Assembly: GCA_963775315.1 (NCBI GenBank)
Contig: CAVZIN010000007.1
Span: 393,193 to 457,192, forward strand
Reading direction: 5' to 3'
DNA: 64,000 nucleotides
From: an uncultured Alphaproteobacteria bacterium
Lineage (GTDB): Bacteria > Pseudomonadota > Alphaproteobacteria > MPNO01 > DASWLB01
Below are positions 32,255 through 43,067 of the stretch, piece after piece. The position numbers were made by a program, and so were the translations under genes. The notes under the pieces were generated by a model. That model searched no databases. It was not told the origin of the DNA and worked only from the letters and a program-made list of their open reading frames with translations. The first letter of the stretch is position 1. Every line of letters begins with the position of its first letter.

Positions 32255-32652
32255 ACTTGCCGAAGCCGGTCCTCGCCAACGGGGCGGCGCTGTGCCGGGT
32301 CGACGAGCTCGACGATCCCGGCTGCAAGGAGTTCCGCATCGAGACGGCGCGCGGCGCGCGCTACATGTTCGTCGTGCGCAAAGGCGAGGGCGTGTACGGC
32401 TACATGAACTGGTGCCCGCACTATGGCGCGACGCTCGACTGGAAGCAGGACCATTTCCTCAACTACGAGAAGACCAACATACTCTGCTCGCTGCATGGCG
32501 CGGAGTTCGCCATCGAGGACGGCGTCTGCGTCCTCGGCCCCTGCGAAGGCGACAGTTTGCGCCGGGTAACGCTGCGCGTTTCGAAGGGCGCGATCTTCCT
32601 CGACCTCCAGCCCGACGAGAACCCGCCCGACCCCTACGCGCGGGGCGCCTGA
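32251..32652 (+). CDS. Small Rieske [2Fe-2S] domain protein
   Basis: C-terminal part of the frame of ORF 31873..32652. GTG at 32251 overlaps the EVE stop (GTGA). Rieske ligand boxes CPHYG...CSLHGAEF. Confidence 0.7.
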   Translation: MNLPKPVLANGAALCRVDELDDPGCKEFRIETARGARYMFVVRKGEGVYGYMNWCPHYGATLDWKQDHFLNYEKTNILCSLHGAEFAIEDGVCVLGPCEGDSLRRVTLRVSKGAIFLDLQPDENPPDPYARGA

Positions 32653-32791
32653 ATTCTCCCGCGGCCACGGTTGCGCAGGGTGCATCCCACCCTTCCCGCC
32701 GTTCCGTTGACACCCGCCCGGCGAGGGACTAACACACAGGCGGCGGCGTTCGCCGCGCCATGAAACGACCAGAATTGCGAAGAGGCTGCCG

Positions 32792-33187
32792 ATGTCCACG
32801 GGCGAACGGCCCCTGTCCCCCCACCTGCAGATCTACCGGCCCCAGATCACCACGGTCCTGTCGATCACTCACCGGGCGACGGGGATCGCCCTCACGGCGG
32901 GAACGCTGCTGCTCGCCTGGTGGCTGATTGCGCTGGCCTACGGGCCGAGCGCCTACGACACCGCGATGAGGTTCTGGGGCGCCTGGTACGGGCGCCTGCT
33001 GCTGTTCGGCTGGACCTGGTCGCTATTCTACCATCTCTGCAACGGCATCCGGCATCTCTGCTGGGACGCCGGCGTCGGGTTCGAGCTGCCCACCGTCTAC
33101 CGCTCGGGCTGGATGGTGGTGTGGGCGTCGGTGATCCTCACCTTCGCCGCCTGGATCTGGGGTTACGCCAGCCTGGGAGCGTTCTGA
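32792..33187 (+). CDS. sdhC: Succinate dehydrogenase cytochrome b556 subunit
   Basis: ORF 32792..33187. [31 protein letters not shown]. Confidence 0.9.
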   Translation: MSTGERPLSPHLQIYRPQITTVLSITHRATGIALTAGTLLLAWWLIALAYGPSAYDTAMRFWGAWYGRLLLFGWTWSLFYHLCNGIRHLCWDAGVGFELPTVYRSGWMVVWASVILTFAAWIWGYASLGAF

Positions 33188-33567
33188 TGAGCATGAGGTC
33201 TCCCATCGCGCGCGCGCGCGGGCTCGGCTCGGCCCACGAGGGTGTCAGCCATTGGTGGGCCCAGCGCCTGACCGCGGTCGCGCTGATCGTCCTGATGCTG
33301 TGGTTCGTGGCCCATGTCTGCGCGACGCTCGGCGCGCCCTTCGCGGAGGCGCGGGCGAGCCTCCATTCGCCGGCCAACGCCATCCTGATGATCCTGATGG
33401 TTGCCATCGGGTTCTATCACGGCCATCTCGGCCTCAACGTGATCATCGAGGACTACGTGCACACGCCCTGGCTCAAGTTCGCGTCCCTGCTCGCGGTCAA
33501 GGCGGTCGCGTTCGCGCTCGGCGTGGCGACGGTGTTCGCCATCGCCAAGGTCGCGTTCGCGGCCTGA
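33187..33567 (+). CDS. sdhD: Succinate dehydrogenase hydrophobic membrane anchor subunit
   Basis: Frame of ORF 32920..33567 from the ATG that overlaps the sdhC stop. ..[20 protein letters not shown]... Confidence 0.85.
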   Translation: MSMRSPIARARGLGSAHEGVSHWWAQRLTAVALIVLMLWFVAHVCATLGAPFAEARASLHSPANAILMILMVAIGFYHGHLGLNVIIEDYVHTPWLKFASLLAVKAVAFALGVATVFAIAKVAFAA

Positions 33568-33587
33568 ACGGAAGCGAGAGAAGAACG

Positions 33588-35390
33588 ATGGCCAGTTCCT
33601 ACGAGATCATCGACCACGCCTACGACGTGGTGGTCGTCGGCGCCGGCGGCGCCGGGCTTCGCGCCACCATGGGCATGGCGGTGAAGGGCCTCAAGACCGC
33701 CTGCATCACCAAGGTCTTCCCCACCCGCAGCCACACGGTCGCGGCCCAGGGCGGCATCTCCGCCGCGCTCGGCAACATGGGCAAGGACGACTGGCGCTGG
33801 CACATGTACGACACGGTCAAGGGCGCCGACTGGCTGGGCGACCAGGACGCCATCGAGTTCATGTGCCGCGGCGCGATGGAGGCGGTGATCGAGCTCGAGC
33901 ATTTCGGCGTGCCGTTCTCGCGCACTGAGGCGGGCAAGATCTACCAGCGCCCGTTCGGCGGCATGACCACCGACTATGGCGAGGGGCCGCCGGCGCACCG
34001 CACCGCCTCGGCCGCCGACCGCACCGGCCACGCCATCCTGCACACGCTCTACCAGCAGTCGCTGAAGAACAAGGCCGAGTTCTTCATCGAGTACTTCACC
34101 CTCGACCTCATCACCGACGACGAGGGCGCGGTGCGGGGCGTGATCGCCTGGAACCTCGACGACGGCACGATCCACCGCTTCAACGCGCGGATGACGGTGC
34201 TGGCGACGGGCGGGTACGGGCGGTGCTACTTCTCCTGCACCGGGGCGCACACCCAGACCGGCGACGGCAACGGCATGGCGCTCCGAGCCGGCATCCCGTG
34301 CGAGGACATGGAGTTCGTGCAGTTCCACCCGACCGGCATCTACGGGGCGGGCTGTCTGATCACCGAGGGCTCGCGCGGCGAAGGCGGCTACCTCACCAAC
34401 TCCGAGGGCGAGCGCTTCATGGAGCGCTACGCCCCGCACGCCAAGGATCTGGCCTCGCGCGACGTCGTCTCCCGCTCGATGACCATCGAGATTCGCGAGG
34501 GCAGGGGCGTCGGCCAGGACAAGGACCACATCCATCTGCATCTGGAGCATCTGGGTGCGGCGGTTCTCAACGAACGTCTGCCCGGCATCAGCGAGACGGC
34601 GCGCATCTTCGCGGGGGTCGACGTGACGAAGGAGCCGATCCCGGTGCTGCCCACCGTCCACTACAACATGGGCGGGGTGCCGACGAACTTCTACGGCGAG
34701 GTGCTGACGTCGCGGAACGGCGACAAGGAATCCGTCATCCCCGGGCTGATGGCGATCGGCGAGGCCGCCTGCGTGTCGGTGCACGGCGCCAACCGGCTCG
34801 GCTCCAACTCGCTGCTCGACCTCGTCGTGTTCGGCAAGGCCGCGGCCGACCGCTGCGCCGAGACGATGAAGCCGGGCGAGGCGATCCCCGAGCCGGCCTC
34901 CGGCGCGGCCGACGCGGCGCTCGCCCGGCTCGACGCGCGCCGCAACGCCAAGGGCAAGGTGCCGACCGCCGAGATGCGGCTCCGAATGCAGCGCATCATG
35001 CAGTCGAACTGCGCCGTGTTCCGCACCGGCGAGGTGCTGGAGGAGGGGCAGAAGCTGATCCGCGAGGTGTGGACCGCCCGCCACGATATCGGCGTTGGCG
35101 ACCGCTCGATGATCTGGAACTCGGACCTCGTCGAGACGCTCGAGTTCGACAACATGATCGCCCAGGCGGTGGTGACCCTCGACTCGGCCGCCAACCGCAC
35201 CGAGAGCCGCGGGGCGCACGCGCGGGAGGACTACCCCGACCGCGACGACGAGAACTGGATGAAGCACACCCGCATCTGGCTCGACACCGACAGCAACGAC
35301 GCCGCGACCCGGTTCGACTACCGCGTGGTTCACCAGAACCCGCTGTCGAACGACGTGGCGCCGATCCCGCCCAAGAAGCGGGTCTATTAG
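33588..35390 (+). CDS. sdhA: Succinate dehydrogenase flavoprotein subunit
   Basis: Frame of ORF 33252..35390 from [26 protein letters not shown]...[11 protein letters not shown]... Confidence 0.95.
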   Translation: MASSYEIIDHAYDVVVVGAGGAGLRATMGMAVKGLKTACITKVFPTRSHTVAAQGGISAALGNMGKDDWRWHMYDTVKGADWLGDQDAIEFMCRGAMEAVIELEHFGVPFSRTEAGKIYQRPFGGMTTDYGEGPPAHRTASAADRTGHAILHTLYQQSLKNKAEFFIEYFTLDLITDDEGAVRGVIAWNLDDGTIHRFNARMTVLATGGYGRCYFSCTGAHTQTGDGNGMALRAGIPCEDMEFVQFHPTGIYGAGCLITEGSRGEGGYLTNSEGERFMERYAPHAKDLASRDVVSRSMTIEIREGRGVGQDKDHIHLHLEHLGAAVLNERLPGISETARIFAGVDVTKEPIPVLPTVHYNMGGVPTNFYGEVLTSRNGDKESVIPGLMAIGEAACVSVHGANRLGSNSLLDLVVFGKAAADRCAETMKPGEAIPEPASGAADAALARLDARRNAKGKVPTAEMRLRMQRIMQSNCAVFRTGEVLEEGQKLIREVWTARHDIGVGDRSMIWNSDLVETLEFDNMIAQAVVTLDSAANRTESRGAHAREDYPDRDDENWMKHTRIWLDTDSNDAATRFDYRVVHQNPLSNDVAPIPPKKRVY

Positions 35391-35401
35391 GGACCTTCGT
35401 A

Positions 35402-36181
35402 ATGGCCGAATTCACCCTTCCCGCCAACTCGAAGGTCCGCGAGGGCCGCAAGGTGGCCGCGCCCGCCGGCGCGAAGAACACCAAGACCTTCAAGGTCTAT
35501 CGCTACGACCCGGACGCGGGCGAGAACCCGCGCGTCGATTCCTACGATGTCGACATGGACACCTGCGCGCCGATGGTTCTCGACGCGCTGATCAAGATCA
35601 AGAACGAGATGGACTCGACGCTCACCTTCCGCCGGTCCTGCCGGGAAGGCGTGTGCGGCTCGTGCGCCATGAACATCGACGGCACCAATACGCTGGCCTG
35701 CACCAAGCCGATCGAGGAGATCGACGGCGACGCCAAGATCTACCCGCTGCCGCACATGCCGGTGGTGAAGGACCTGGTGCCCGACCTGAAGCACGCCTAT
35801 GCGCAGTATGCGTCGATCGAGCCCTGGCTGAAGGCGGAGAGCCCGGCCCCGGCCGGGTCCGAGCGGCTGCAGTCGATCGAGGAGCGGCGCCAGCTCGACG
35901 GGCTGTGGGAGTGCATCCTGTGCTTCTGCTGCACCACCTCGTGCCCGAGCTACTGGTGGAATCCGGAGCGCTATCTCGGCCCGGCCGTGCTGCTGCAGGC
36001 CTATCGCTGGGTCGCGGACACGCGCGACGAGCACACGGGCGAGCGGCTCGATCAGCTGGAGGACCCGTTCCGTCTCTATCGCTGCCACACCATCATGAAC
36101 TGCACCAAGACGTGCCCGAAGGGCCTCAACCCGGCCAAGGCGATCGCCGAGACCAAGAAGCTGATCGTGAGCCGCCGCTGA
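35402..36181 (+). CDS. sdhB: Succinate dehydrogenase iron-sulfur subunit
   Basis: Frame of ORF 34223..36181 from [11 protein letters not shown]. Cys clusters [39 protein letters not shown]. Confidence 0.95.
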   Translation: MAEFTLPANSKVREGRKVAAPAGAKNTKTFKVYRYDPDAGENPRVDSYDVDMDTCAPMVLDALIKIKNEMDSTLTFRRSCREGVCGSCAMNIDGTNTLACTKPIEEIDGDAKIYPLPHMPVVKDLVPDLKHAYAQYASIEPWLKAESPAPAGSERLQSIEERRQLDGLWECILCFCCTTSCPSYWWNPERYLGPAVLLQAYRWVADTRDEHTGERLDQLEDPFRLYRCHTIMNCTKTCPKGLNPAKAIAETKKLIVSRR

Positions 36182-36186
36182 CGCTT

Positions 36187-36330
36187 GCCCCTCACCCTGT
36201 CCCTCTCCCTCGGGAGAGGGAACCTTGGCTCGATGTCGCGACGGAATACGGTGCACCGAGTCCGTGGTCGAGCGCATTCACGAACGCCGCACGCCCCCTC
36301 TCCCCGCGGGAGAGGGTTGGGGTGAGGGGA
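36187..36330. repeat. REP-like inverted-pair intergenic repeat (copy 1): two ~35-bp units GCCCCTCACCC-N3-CCCTCTCCC-N4-GGGAGAGGG in opposite orientation flanking a ~75-bp spacer
   Basis: Left unit at 36187..36220, reverse-complement unit at 36294..36330. Each unit has an internal CCCTCTCCC/GGGAGAGGG hairpin. The same architecture recurs at 63212..63358. Confidence 0.65.
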
Positions 36331-36350
36331 CGGCGTACGCCCTCCTCGAC

Positions 36351-37472
36351 ATGACCGGGCGCGGCCCGCTGGCGGCGTACCGCGCACGTGTCCGCGAGGG
36401 CCGGCTGCGCGAGGACCCGGTGCAGGCGCGCGCCGCCGAGCGGCTGCAGGCGCTGCACGACGCACTCGAAGGCTATCTCCCGGCCGAGCCGGAGGCGCGG
36501 CGCGCGCGCCTCGGCCTGTTCCGCCGGGCGACGCCGCCAGTCTCGCCGCCGCGTGGTCTCTATCTGCACGGGCCCGTCGGCGCCGGGAAGTCGATGCTGA
36601 TGCAGCTCTTTTTCGAGAGCGCGCCGACGGAGCGGAAGCGGCGGGTCCACTTCCACGATTTCATGGTGGGCGTGCAGGAGGCGCTGCACCGGCTTCGCCA
36701 GGGCGAGGGCACGCGCGATCCGTTGGTCGTGCATGCGGCCGAGATCGCCGCCGAGACGCATCTTGTCTGCTTCGACGAGTTCCAGGTCGAGAACATCGCC
36801 GACGCGATGATCCTGGCCGCCCTGTTCACGGCCCTGTCCGAGCGCGGGGTGGTGGTGGTCGCCACCTCGAACGTCGCGCCCGGCGACCTCTATGCCGGCG
36901 GGCTGCAACGCGAGAGGTTCCTGCCCTTCGTCCGGCTGGTCGAGGAGCGGTTGGAGGTGATCGAGCTCGACGCCGGCGTCGACTATCGGCGCATTGCCAT
37001 GGCCGGCATGCAGGTGTGGCATGCGCCTGTGGGCTCGGAGGCCAAGGCGGCGCTCGACGCTGCCTTCGCGCGCCTAACGGGCGGCGATCCCGGCCGCGTG
37101 CAGAAGCTGGTGGTCAAGGGGCGCGACGTGATCGTGCCGCGCGCCGCGATGGGGGTCGCGCGCTTCTCGTTCGCGGCGCTCTGCTCGCGCGCGCTGGGGG
37201 CGGAGGACTACATCGCCGTCGCGCGCCGCTTCCACACGCTGGTGCTCGACGACATTCCGCAGCTCGGGCCCGACCGGCGCGACGAGGCGAAGCGGCTGTT
37301 GAACCTGATCGACACGCTTTACGAGCACAAGGTTAAGCTGATCGCCTCGGCCGAGGCGCCGCCGGACGCACTCTACACGGTGGGCGTCGGGGCGTCGGCC
37401 TTCCTGCGCGCCGCCTCGCGTCTTGCCGAAATGCAGAGCGAGGCCTACCTCGCCGCGCGGCACGTGGGATGA
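36351..37472 (+). CDS. zapE: Cell division protein ZapE (AFG1-family ATPase)
   Basis: Frame of ORF 36225..37472, ATG at 36351. Walker [17 protein letters not shown], Walker B LVCFDEF. Confidence 0.85.
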   Translation: MTGRGPLAAYRARVREGRLREDPVQARAAERLQALHDALEGYLPAEPEARRARLGLFRRATPPVSPPRGLYLHGPVGAGKSMLMQLFFESAPTERKRRVHFHDFMVGVQEALHRLRQGEGTRDPLVVHAAEIAAETHLVCFDEFQVENIADAMILAALFTALSERGVVVVATSNVAPGDLYAGGLQRERFLPFVRLVEERLEVIELDAGVDYRRIAMAGMQVWHAPVGSEAKAALDAAFARLTGGDPGRVQKLVVKGRDVIVPRAAMGVARFSFAALCSRALGAEDYIAVARRFHTLVLDDIPQLGPDRRDEAKRLLNLIDTLYEHKVKLIASAEAPPDALYTVGVGASAFLRAASRLAEMQSEAYLAARHVG

Positions 37473-37801
37473 GCGCGGTCCGCCGCGGCGCGCTGCTGAC
37501 CGGCCTCCGCTTTCCGGAGGACAAGGAGGTCCTCACCACGCTCGCCGAGGGCGCCGCGTGCCGGGTCGAGCGCATCGTCTCCTCCGGCCAGGCGACGCCG
37601 CCGGGCGAATGGCTTTCGGGCACGAGGCGCGAGCTCGTGGTGGTGATCACGGGCCGCGCCCGCCTCGCCTTCGAAGGCGACGAAATGCCGCTTTCGCTCG
37701 GCGCCGGGGACTGGGTGGACATCCCGGCCGGTGCCCGCCACCGGGTGGACTGGACCGATCCCGATCAGCCGACCGTCTGGCTCGCCGTGCATTTCGGCTA
37801 G
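37469..37801 (+). CDS. Cupin domain protein
   Basis: ORF 37469..37801. 110 aa, ..[14 protein letters not shown].. cupin motif. ATGA overlap with the zapE stop. Confidence 0.65.
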   Translation: MSAVRRGALLTGLRFPEDKEVLTTLAEGAACRVERIVSSGQATPPGEWLSGTRRELVVVITGRARLAFEGDEMPLSLGAGDWVDIPAGARHRVDWTDPDQPTVWLAVHFG

Positions 37802-38920
<1,119 letters not shown>

Positions 38921-39016
38921 GGCGCCGCCGTCTGCTCGTTATCGCGAGGAGCGGAGCGACGAAGCGATCCAGACTTCTGGATTGCTTCGCTTCGCTCGCA
39001 ATGACGAATTGGAGCG

Positions 39017-40708
39017 CTATCCCCGCGTCCGGGGACTGGACGGGACGACTGGCAGGATCAGCCGCGACGGGCAGTCGCGCGAATGGTGGATCGTGTCGCG
39101 CCCGACCTTGTAGTGCGCGTAGTGGTGGCTGAAGATCGCGTCGGTGATCGGTGAATCGCCGTTCGCGATCTCGAGCCGGATGCGGTGGCCCTTGGCGAAG
39201 CGCCAGGCGCAGGGCATCACCTCGATCTCGAGTTTGTACACATCCCCCGGCGCCAGCGGTTGCGGGTTCGCGTGGGTGTAGAACGGCCGGTGAGGCCTTG
39301 AGCGCGCCTCGTCCTTCTCGCGGTGGGCGGCGCGGAGCCAGCCTTTGGCGACGACGCTGGCGGCGGGCTGGCGGCCGGACTTGCGGACGTCCGCGTTCTG
39401 CAAGTGCTGGTCCGACACCTTGACGATCACGTCGGTGTCGATCTGGTCGGACGAGAGGTAGAGCTCGAGCAGGATCGGCCCGACGACGTCGAGGTCGGCA
39501 TCGAGCGGTGCAGAGGTGAAGGTCAGCACGCGCGCCACCGGGTCGGGCCCGTTCGGGCCGAAGGAGACGACGCCGATCTTCCATTTCGGGTCCGGGTAGT
39601 CGTAGCTCGTCGCGCCACCGTTCGCGCCGGGCGCGGCATCGGTGAGGCTTCCGTCGTTGAGCGAACTGACGCTTCCCGACGTCGTGCCGGCGAGGTAGAG
39701 CGCGGTCGCCTTCGCGCGTTTGAGCGGCCATTCGCGCTCCTCGCGCCATTCCTCCGCCCCGTAATGGTAGAGCCGGACGGGCGCGCGCCGCTCCCACCCG
39801 TTCTTCTCGCCCTTCAAATAGCGGTCGTAGAAGGGCAGGAGGTCGCGCTCGTGGTACGCGATCTGCTCGTACTGGTCGTGCGCCTCGAACACGTCGCGCG
39901 CGCCGGTGACGTCGAGCTTCACCGGCGCCGCGATCTCCTCGTAGGCGAGCACGTTGCCGCGCAAATGGAGCCCCTGCTTGCCCCAGTGGCCGATGGTGAG
40001 GGTCGGCACCTTGATCTCGCCCAGCCGCTCGTAGGGTGAGCGCTCGCGCCACCACGCGTCGTAGGTCTGGTGGCGCGCCATCTCGTGGCCGATGTCGACC
40101 GTCATGTCGGCGCCGCCCTGCAGGTTCGCCGGGCGCTGCAGGTTCGCGGTTCGCAGCGTCTGGTACCAGTTGGGCAGGAACAGGCAGGGGATGCCGCCGT
40201 GATAGACGACGCCGCGATAAAGGTCGACGGCGCCGTCATAGGGCGCGATGCATTTGAGGTGCGGCGGGTTCGCGATGCCCATGAACCACTGCGTCCAGGC
40301 GTAGTAGGACTGGCCGACCCCGCCCACGTTGCCGTTGCACCAGCCCTGCCGGCCGATCCACTCGATGACCTCGTAGAGATCGTCCTGCTCGGCCTTGTCG
40401 AGAAGCCTGTACACCCCTTCGGACCGGCCCGAGCCGCGCGTGTCCGCCCGCACGTAGGCGTAGCCGTGCTGCTCGACGTACCACTTGATCGGCCCGGTCT
40501 CGCGGGTCAGGAACAGCGGGCTGTGCGGCAGGTCGTCGGTCTCGTACTGGTAGGGCGAGGCCGCGAACAGCACCGGGAAGCGCCCCGGCGCGTCCGGCCG
40601 GTAGATTCGGAGCGCGACGCGAACCCCGTCGCGCATGGTGACGTAGACGTTATCGTCGACGCGGATGCGGTAACGCGCCCCGCCGGCGCGCGCGGCGCGC
40701 TTCGCCAT
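39017..40708 (-). CDS. CocE/NonD family hydrolase (S15 X-Pro dipeptidyl-peptidase-like alpha/beta hydrolase)
   Basis: ORF 39017..40708 minus. ..FAASPYQYETDD...VRADTRGSGRSEGVY...GNVGGVGQSYYAWTQW.. (nucleophile elbow GxSYxA) and a C-terminal beta-sandwich domain. Confidence 0.85.
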   Translation of the reverse strand: MAKRAARAGGARYRIRVDDNVYVTMRDGVRVALRIYRPDAPGRFPVLFAASPYQYETDDLPHSPLFLTRETGPIKWYVEQHGYAYVRADTRGSGRSEGVYRLLDKAEQDDLYEVIEWIGRQGWCNGNVGGVGQSYYAWTQWFMGIANPPHLKCIAPYDGAVDLYRGVVYHGGIPCLFLPNWYQTLRTANLQRPANLQGGADMTVDIGHEMARHQTYDAWWRERSPYERLGEIKVPTLTIGHWGKQGLHLRGNVLAYEEIAAPVKLDVTGARDVFEAHDQYEQIAYHERDLLPFYDRYLKGEKNGWERRAPVRLYHYGAEEWREEREWPLKRAKATALYLAGTTSGSVSSLNDGSLTDAAPGANGGATSYDYPDPKWKIGVVSFGPNGPDPVARVLTFTSAPLDADLDVVGPILLELYLSSDQIDTDVIVKVSDQHLQNADVRKSGRQPAASVVAKGWLRAAHREKDEARSRPHRPFYTHANPQPLAPGDVYKLEIEVMPCAWRFAKGHRIRLEIANGDSPITDAIFSHHYAHYKVGRDTIHHSRDCPSRLILPVVPSSPRTRG

Positions 40709-40736
40709 GCTGTCCCCCTTCTCCGGCCGCTGCCGG

Positions 40737-41804
40737 CTATTCCTTGTCCCACTGGCGGTAGGTCTCGATATGACGCGCGCGCAGCGCGTCCATGTAGGCC
40801 GTCAGGACCTTCATTCCCGGCTCGCCGCGCTTCTCCAGGCTCTCGGCCCACTGCTTCGGCACGTTGGGCATCATTTCGGCCCATTTCTTGCGCTCGGCGG
40901 CGGGCAGATCGGTGAAGTGGACGCCCTTCTTCTCCATCATCTTGCGGAAGGCCGCCTCGCGGCCGGTGTCGATCTTCACCGATACCTCGCCATAGTGCGA
41001 GGTGACGTCGCGGACGATCGCCTGCGCGAACGCGGGGAGCTTCGCCCACGCGTCCTTGTTCATGGTGAGCTCGGCCGTGACCGAGGCCGAGAAGTTGACG
41101 AACGTGAAGTAGGGCGCCGGCTCGAAGATCTTGTAGGGGAAGGCGAGGCCGATCGAGGAGATGTAGCCGTCTTCCACCCCGTTCTTGATGTCGGTGTAGG
41201 CGTCGATCATCGCGCCGTTGACGACGACCGCGCCGGTGCCGCGCAGGAACTGTCCCATCGAGCCCGACGCGCCGATCTTGTGGCCCTTGAGGTCCGCGAC
41301 CGCCTTCACCGGAAACCGGGTGAGGATGTCGACCGGCAGCGTGCCGGCCACAGCCAGGCGGACCTGGTTGTATTTGTTCCAGTACGCGTCCATCTCGGGC
41401 ACCTTCTTGCGCAGCTCACCGTCGATCTTCTCGGCCATGAGAGGGTCGGTCACGCCGAACGGCACGACGTGGCTGTACTGCTCGAGCGGCAGCTTCGATT
41501 CCTCGAAGATGACGAGCTGGACGCCGAACTGCGCGATGCCCTCCTGCACGGTCTCCAGCACCTCGGTGGTCTTGGCGAGGCTCTGCGCCCAGGCGGTGTT
41601 CCACTCGATCTTGAAATCCTTGCCCGAGGCGGCGAGCCGCTTGTTGATCTCGGGGATCACGTAGTCGATCACCGCCTTGACCGGCGTCACCTGGGGCGGC
41701 GGTGCGCCGACCGCGGTGATCTTGATCGTTTCCGCCCCGGCGGGCGCGATCACGATAGCAGCCGCGACGAGACCCGCCGCGACGGAACGCTGGCACGCGA
41801 ACAT
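40737..41804 (-). CDS. TRAP transporter substrate-binding protein (DctP family), orphan, tandem paralog 1
   Basis: ORF 40737..41804 minus. Signal peptide. Ends ..RARHIETYRQWDKE. Confidence 0.8.
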   Translation of the reverse strand: MFACQRSVAAGLVAAAIVIAPAGAETIKITAVGAPPPQVTPVKAVIDYVIPEINKRLAASGKDFKIEWNTAWAQSLAKTTEVLETVQEGIAQFGVQLVIFEESKLPLEQYSHVVPFGVTDPLMAEKIDGELRKKVPEMDAYWNKYNQVRLAVAGTLPVDILTRFPVKAVADLKGHKIGASGSMGQFLRGTGAVVVNGAMIDAYTDIKNGVEDGYISSIGLAFPYKIFEPAPYFTFVNFSASVTAELTMNKDAWAKLPAFAQAIVRDVTSHYGEVSVKIDTGREAAFRKMMEKKGVHFTDLPAAERKKWAEMMPNVPKQWAESLEKRGEPGMKVLTAYMDALRARHIETYRQWDKE

Positions 41805-41882
41805 ATTTTCCTCCCGATGATTATCCGCCGGCCGCGAGGGTCGGGCGGGGCCCCGCGCCCGATCGCGCGGGGCCGATGCCGG

Positions 41883-42962
41883 CTACTCCTTGTCCCACTG
41901 GCGGGCGAGCTTGATGTGGCGGGCGCGCAGCTCGTCCATGTAGGTGTCCAGCACCTTGGTGCCGGGCAGGCCGCGCTTGTCGAGACCCTTCGCCCATTCC
42001 AGGGCGATGTTGGGCATGACCATCGCCCACTGCTTGCGCGCAGCGTCCGACAGAGCGCCGAAATGCACGCCGCTCTTCTTCATCAGCTCGACGAAGTGCG
42101 CGTGGCGCTGGACGTCGATCTTGTCCTGTTCGTCGGCCCACTTCAGCGTCTCCTCCTTGAACATCGTCTTCACGAAGTCGGGGAGCTTCTTCCACGTGTC
42201 GGCGTTGATCGAGAGGCCCGAGGTGGCGGCGACGCCGAATCCGACCTTCGTGTAGTACTTGGCCGACTGGTAGGTGCGATAGGGGCCGGCCAGCGTGACC
42301 GAGATCGGATAGCCCTCGTACACGCCATTCTTGATGTTCATGAAGGAATCGAGCATCGACGAGTTGACGACGACGGCGCCCGTGTTGCGCATGTACTGGC
42401 CCATCGCGCCGGACGCGCCGATCTTGCGGCCCTTGAGGTCGGCGACGGACTTCACCGGGAAGGTGGTGAACAGGTCGGAAGACTCGGTCGCGCCGGAGCC
42501 CAGCATGATCTGGTTGTGCTTGGTGTACTGCTCGTTCATCGCGGGCAGCTTCTCGCGCATCGCGGCGTCGATCTCGACCATCTGCTTGGGCGTCGCGTCA
42601 TTGAACGGCGCCATGTAGAAATACTGGTCGAGCGGCAGCTTCGATTCCTCGAAGTTCTTCAGGATCACGCCCATCTGGGCGATGTTCTCCTCGACCGTCT
42701 CGAAAACCTCGGTGAACTTGGCGAGGCTCGACGAGTAGGCCTCGTTCCATTTGATCGTGAACCCCTTTCCCGAAGCGGCAAGGCGCTTGTTGATCTCGGG
42801 GATAAAGAACTCCTTCGTCGCCTTGACGTTCGAGACGGTGGGCGGCGCGCCGGCGACGACGGTGATCTCCATCGTTTCGGCGCTGGCACCGGCGGAAAGC
42901 GCCAGCCCCGCCACGGCGGCGGCGGCGGCGGCGAGCGCGAGCGCGGATGTCATGGGCTTCAT
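41883..42962 (-). CDS. TRAP transporter substrate-binding protein (DctP family), orphan, tandem paralog 2
   Basis: ORF 41883..42962 minus. Signal peptide. About 50% identical to paralog 1 with the same C-terminus ..RARHIKLARQWDKE. RBS GGAGGAGG. Confidence 0.8.
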   Translation of the reverse strand: MKPMTSALALAAAAAAVAGLALSAGASAETMEITVVAGAPPTVSNVKATKEFFIPEINKRLAASGKGFTIKWNEAYSSSLAKFTEVFETVEENIAQMGVILKNFEESKLPLDQYFYMAPFNDATPKQMVEIDAAMREKLPAMNEQYTKHNQIMLGSGATESSDLFTTFPVKSVADLKGRKIGASGAMGQYMRNTGAVVVNSSMLDSFMNIKNGVYEGYPISVTLAGPYRTYQSAKYYTKVGFGVAATSGLSINADTWKKLPDFVKTMFKEETLKWADEQDKIDVQRHAHFVELMKKSGVHFGALSDAARKQWAMVMPNIALEWAKGLDKRGLPGTKVLDTYMDELRARHIKLARQWDKE

Positions 42963-43067
42963 AGGTAACCTCCTCCGTGCGACCCGGGGGACGGGCCGCG
43001 GTTCGTTTTTTTCGACAGCGGAAATCCTAGCATGCCTCGGGCCGCTGGGAACCCCGCCCGCGTCGGC

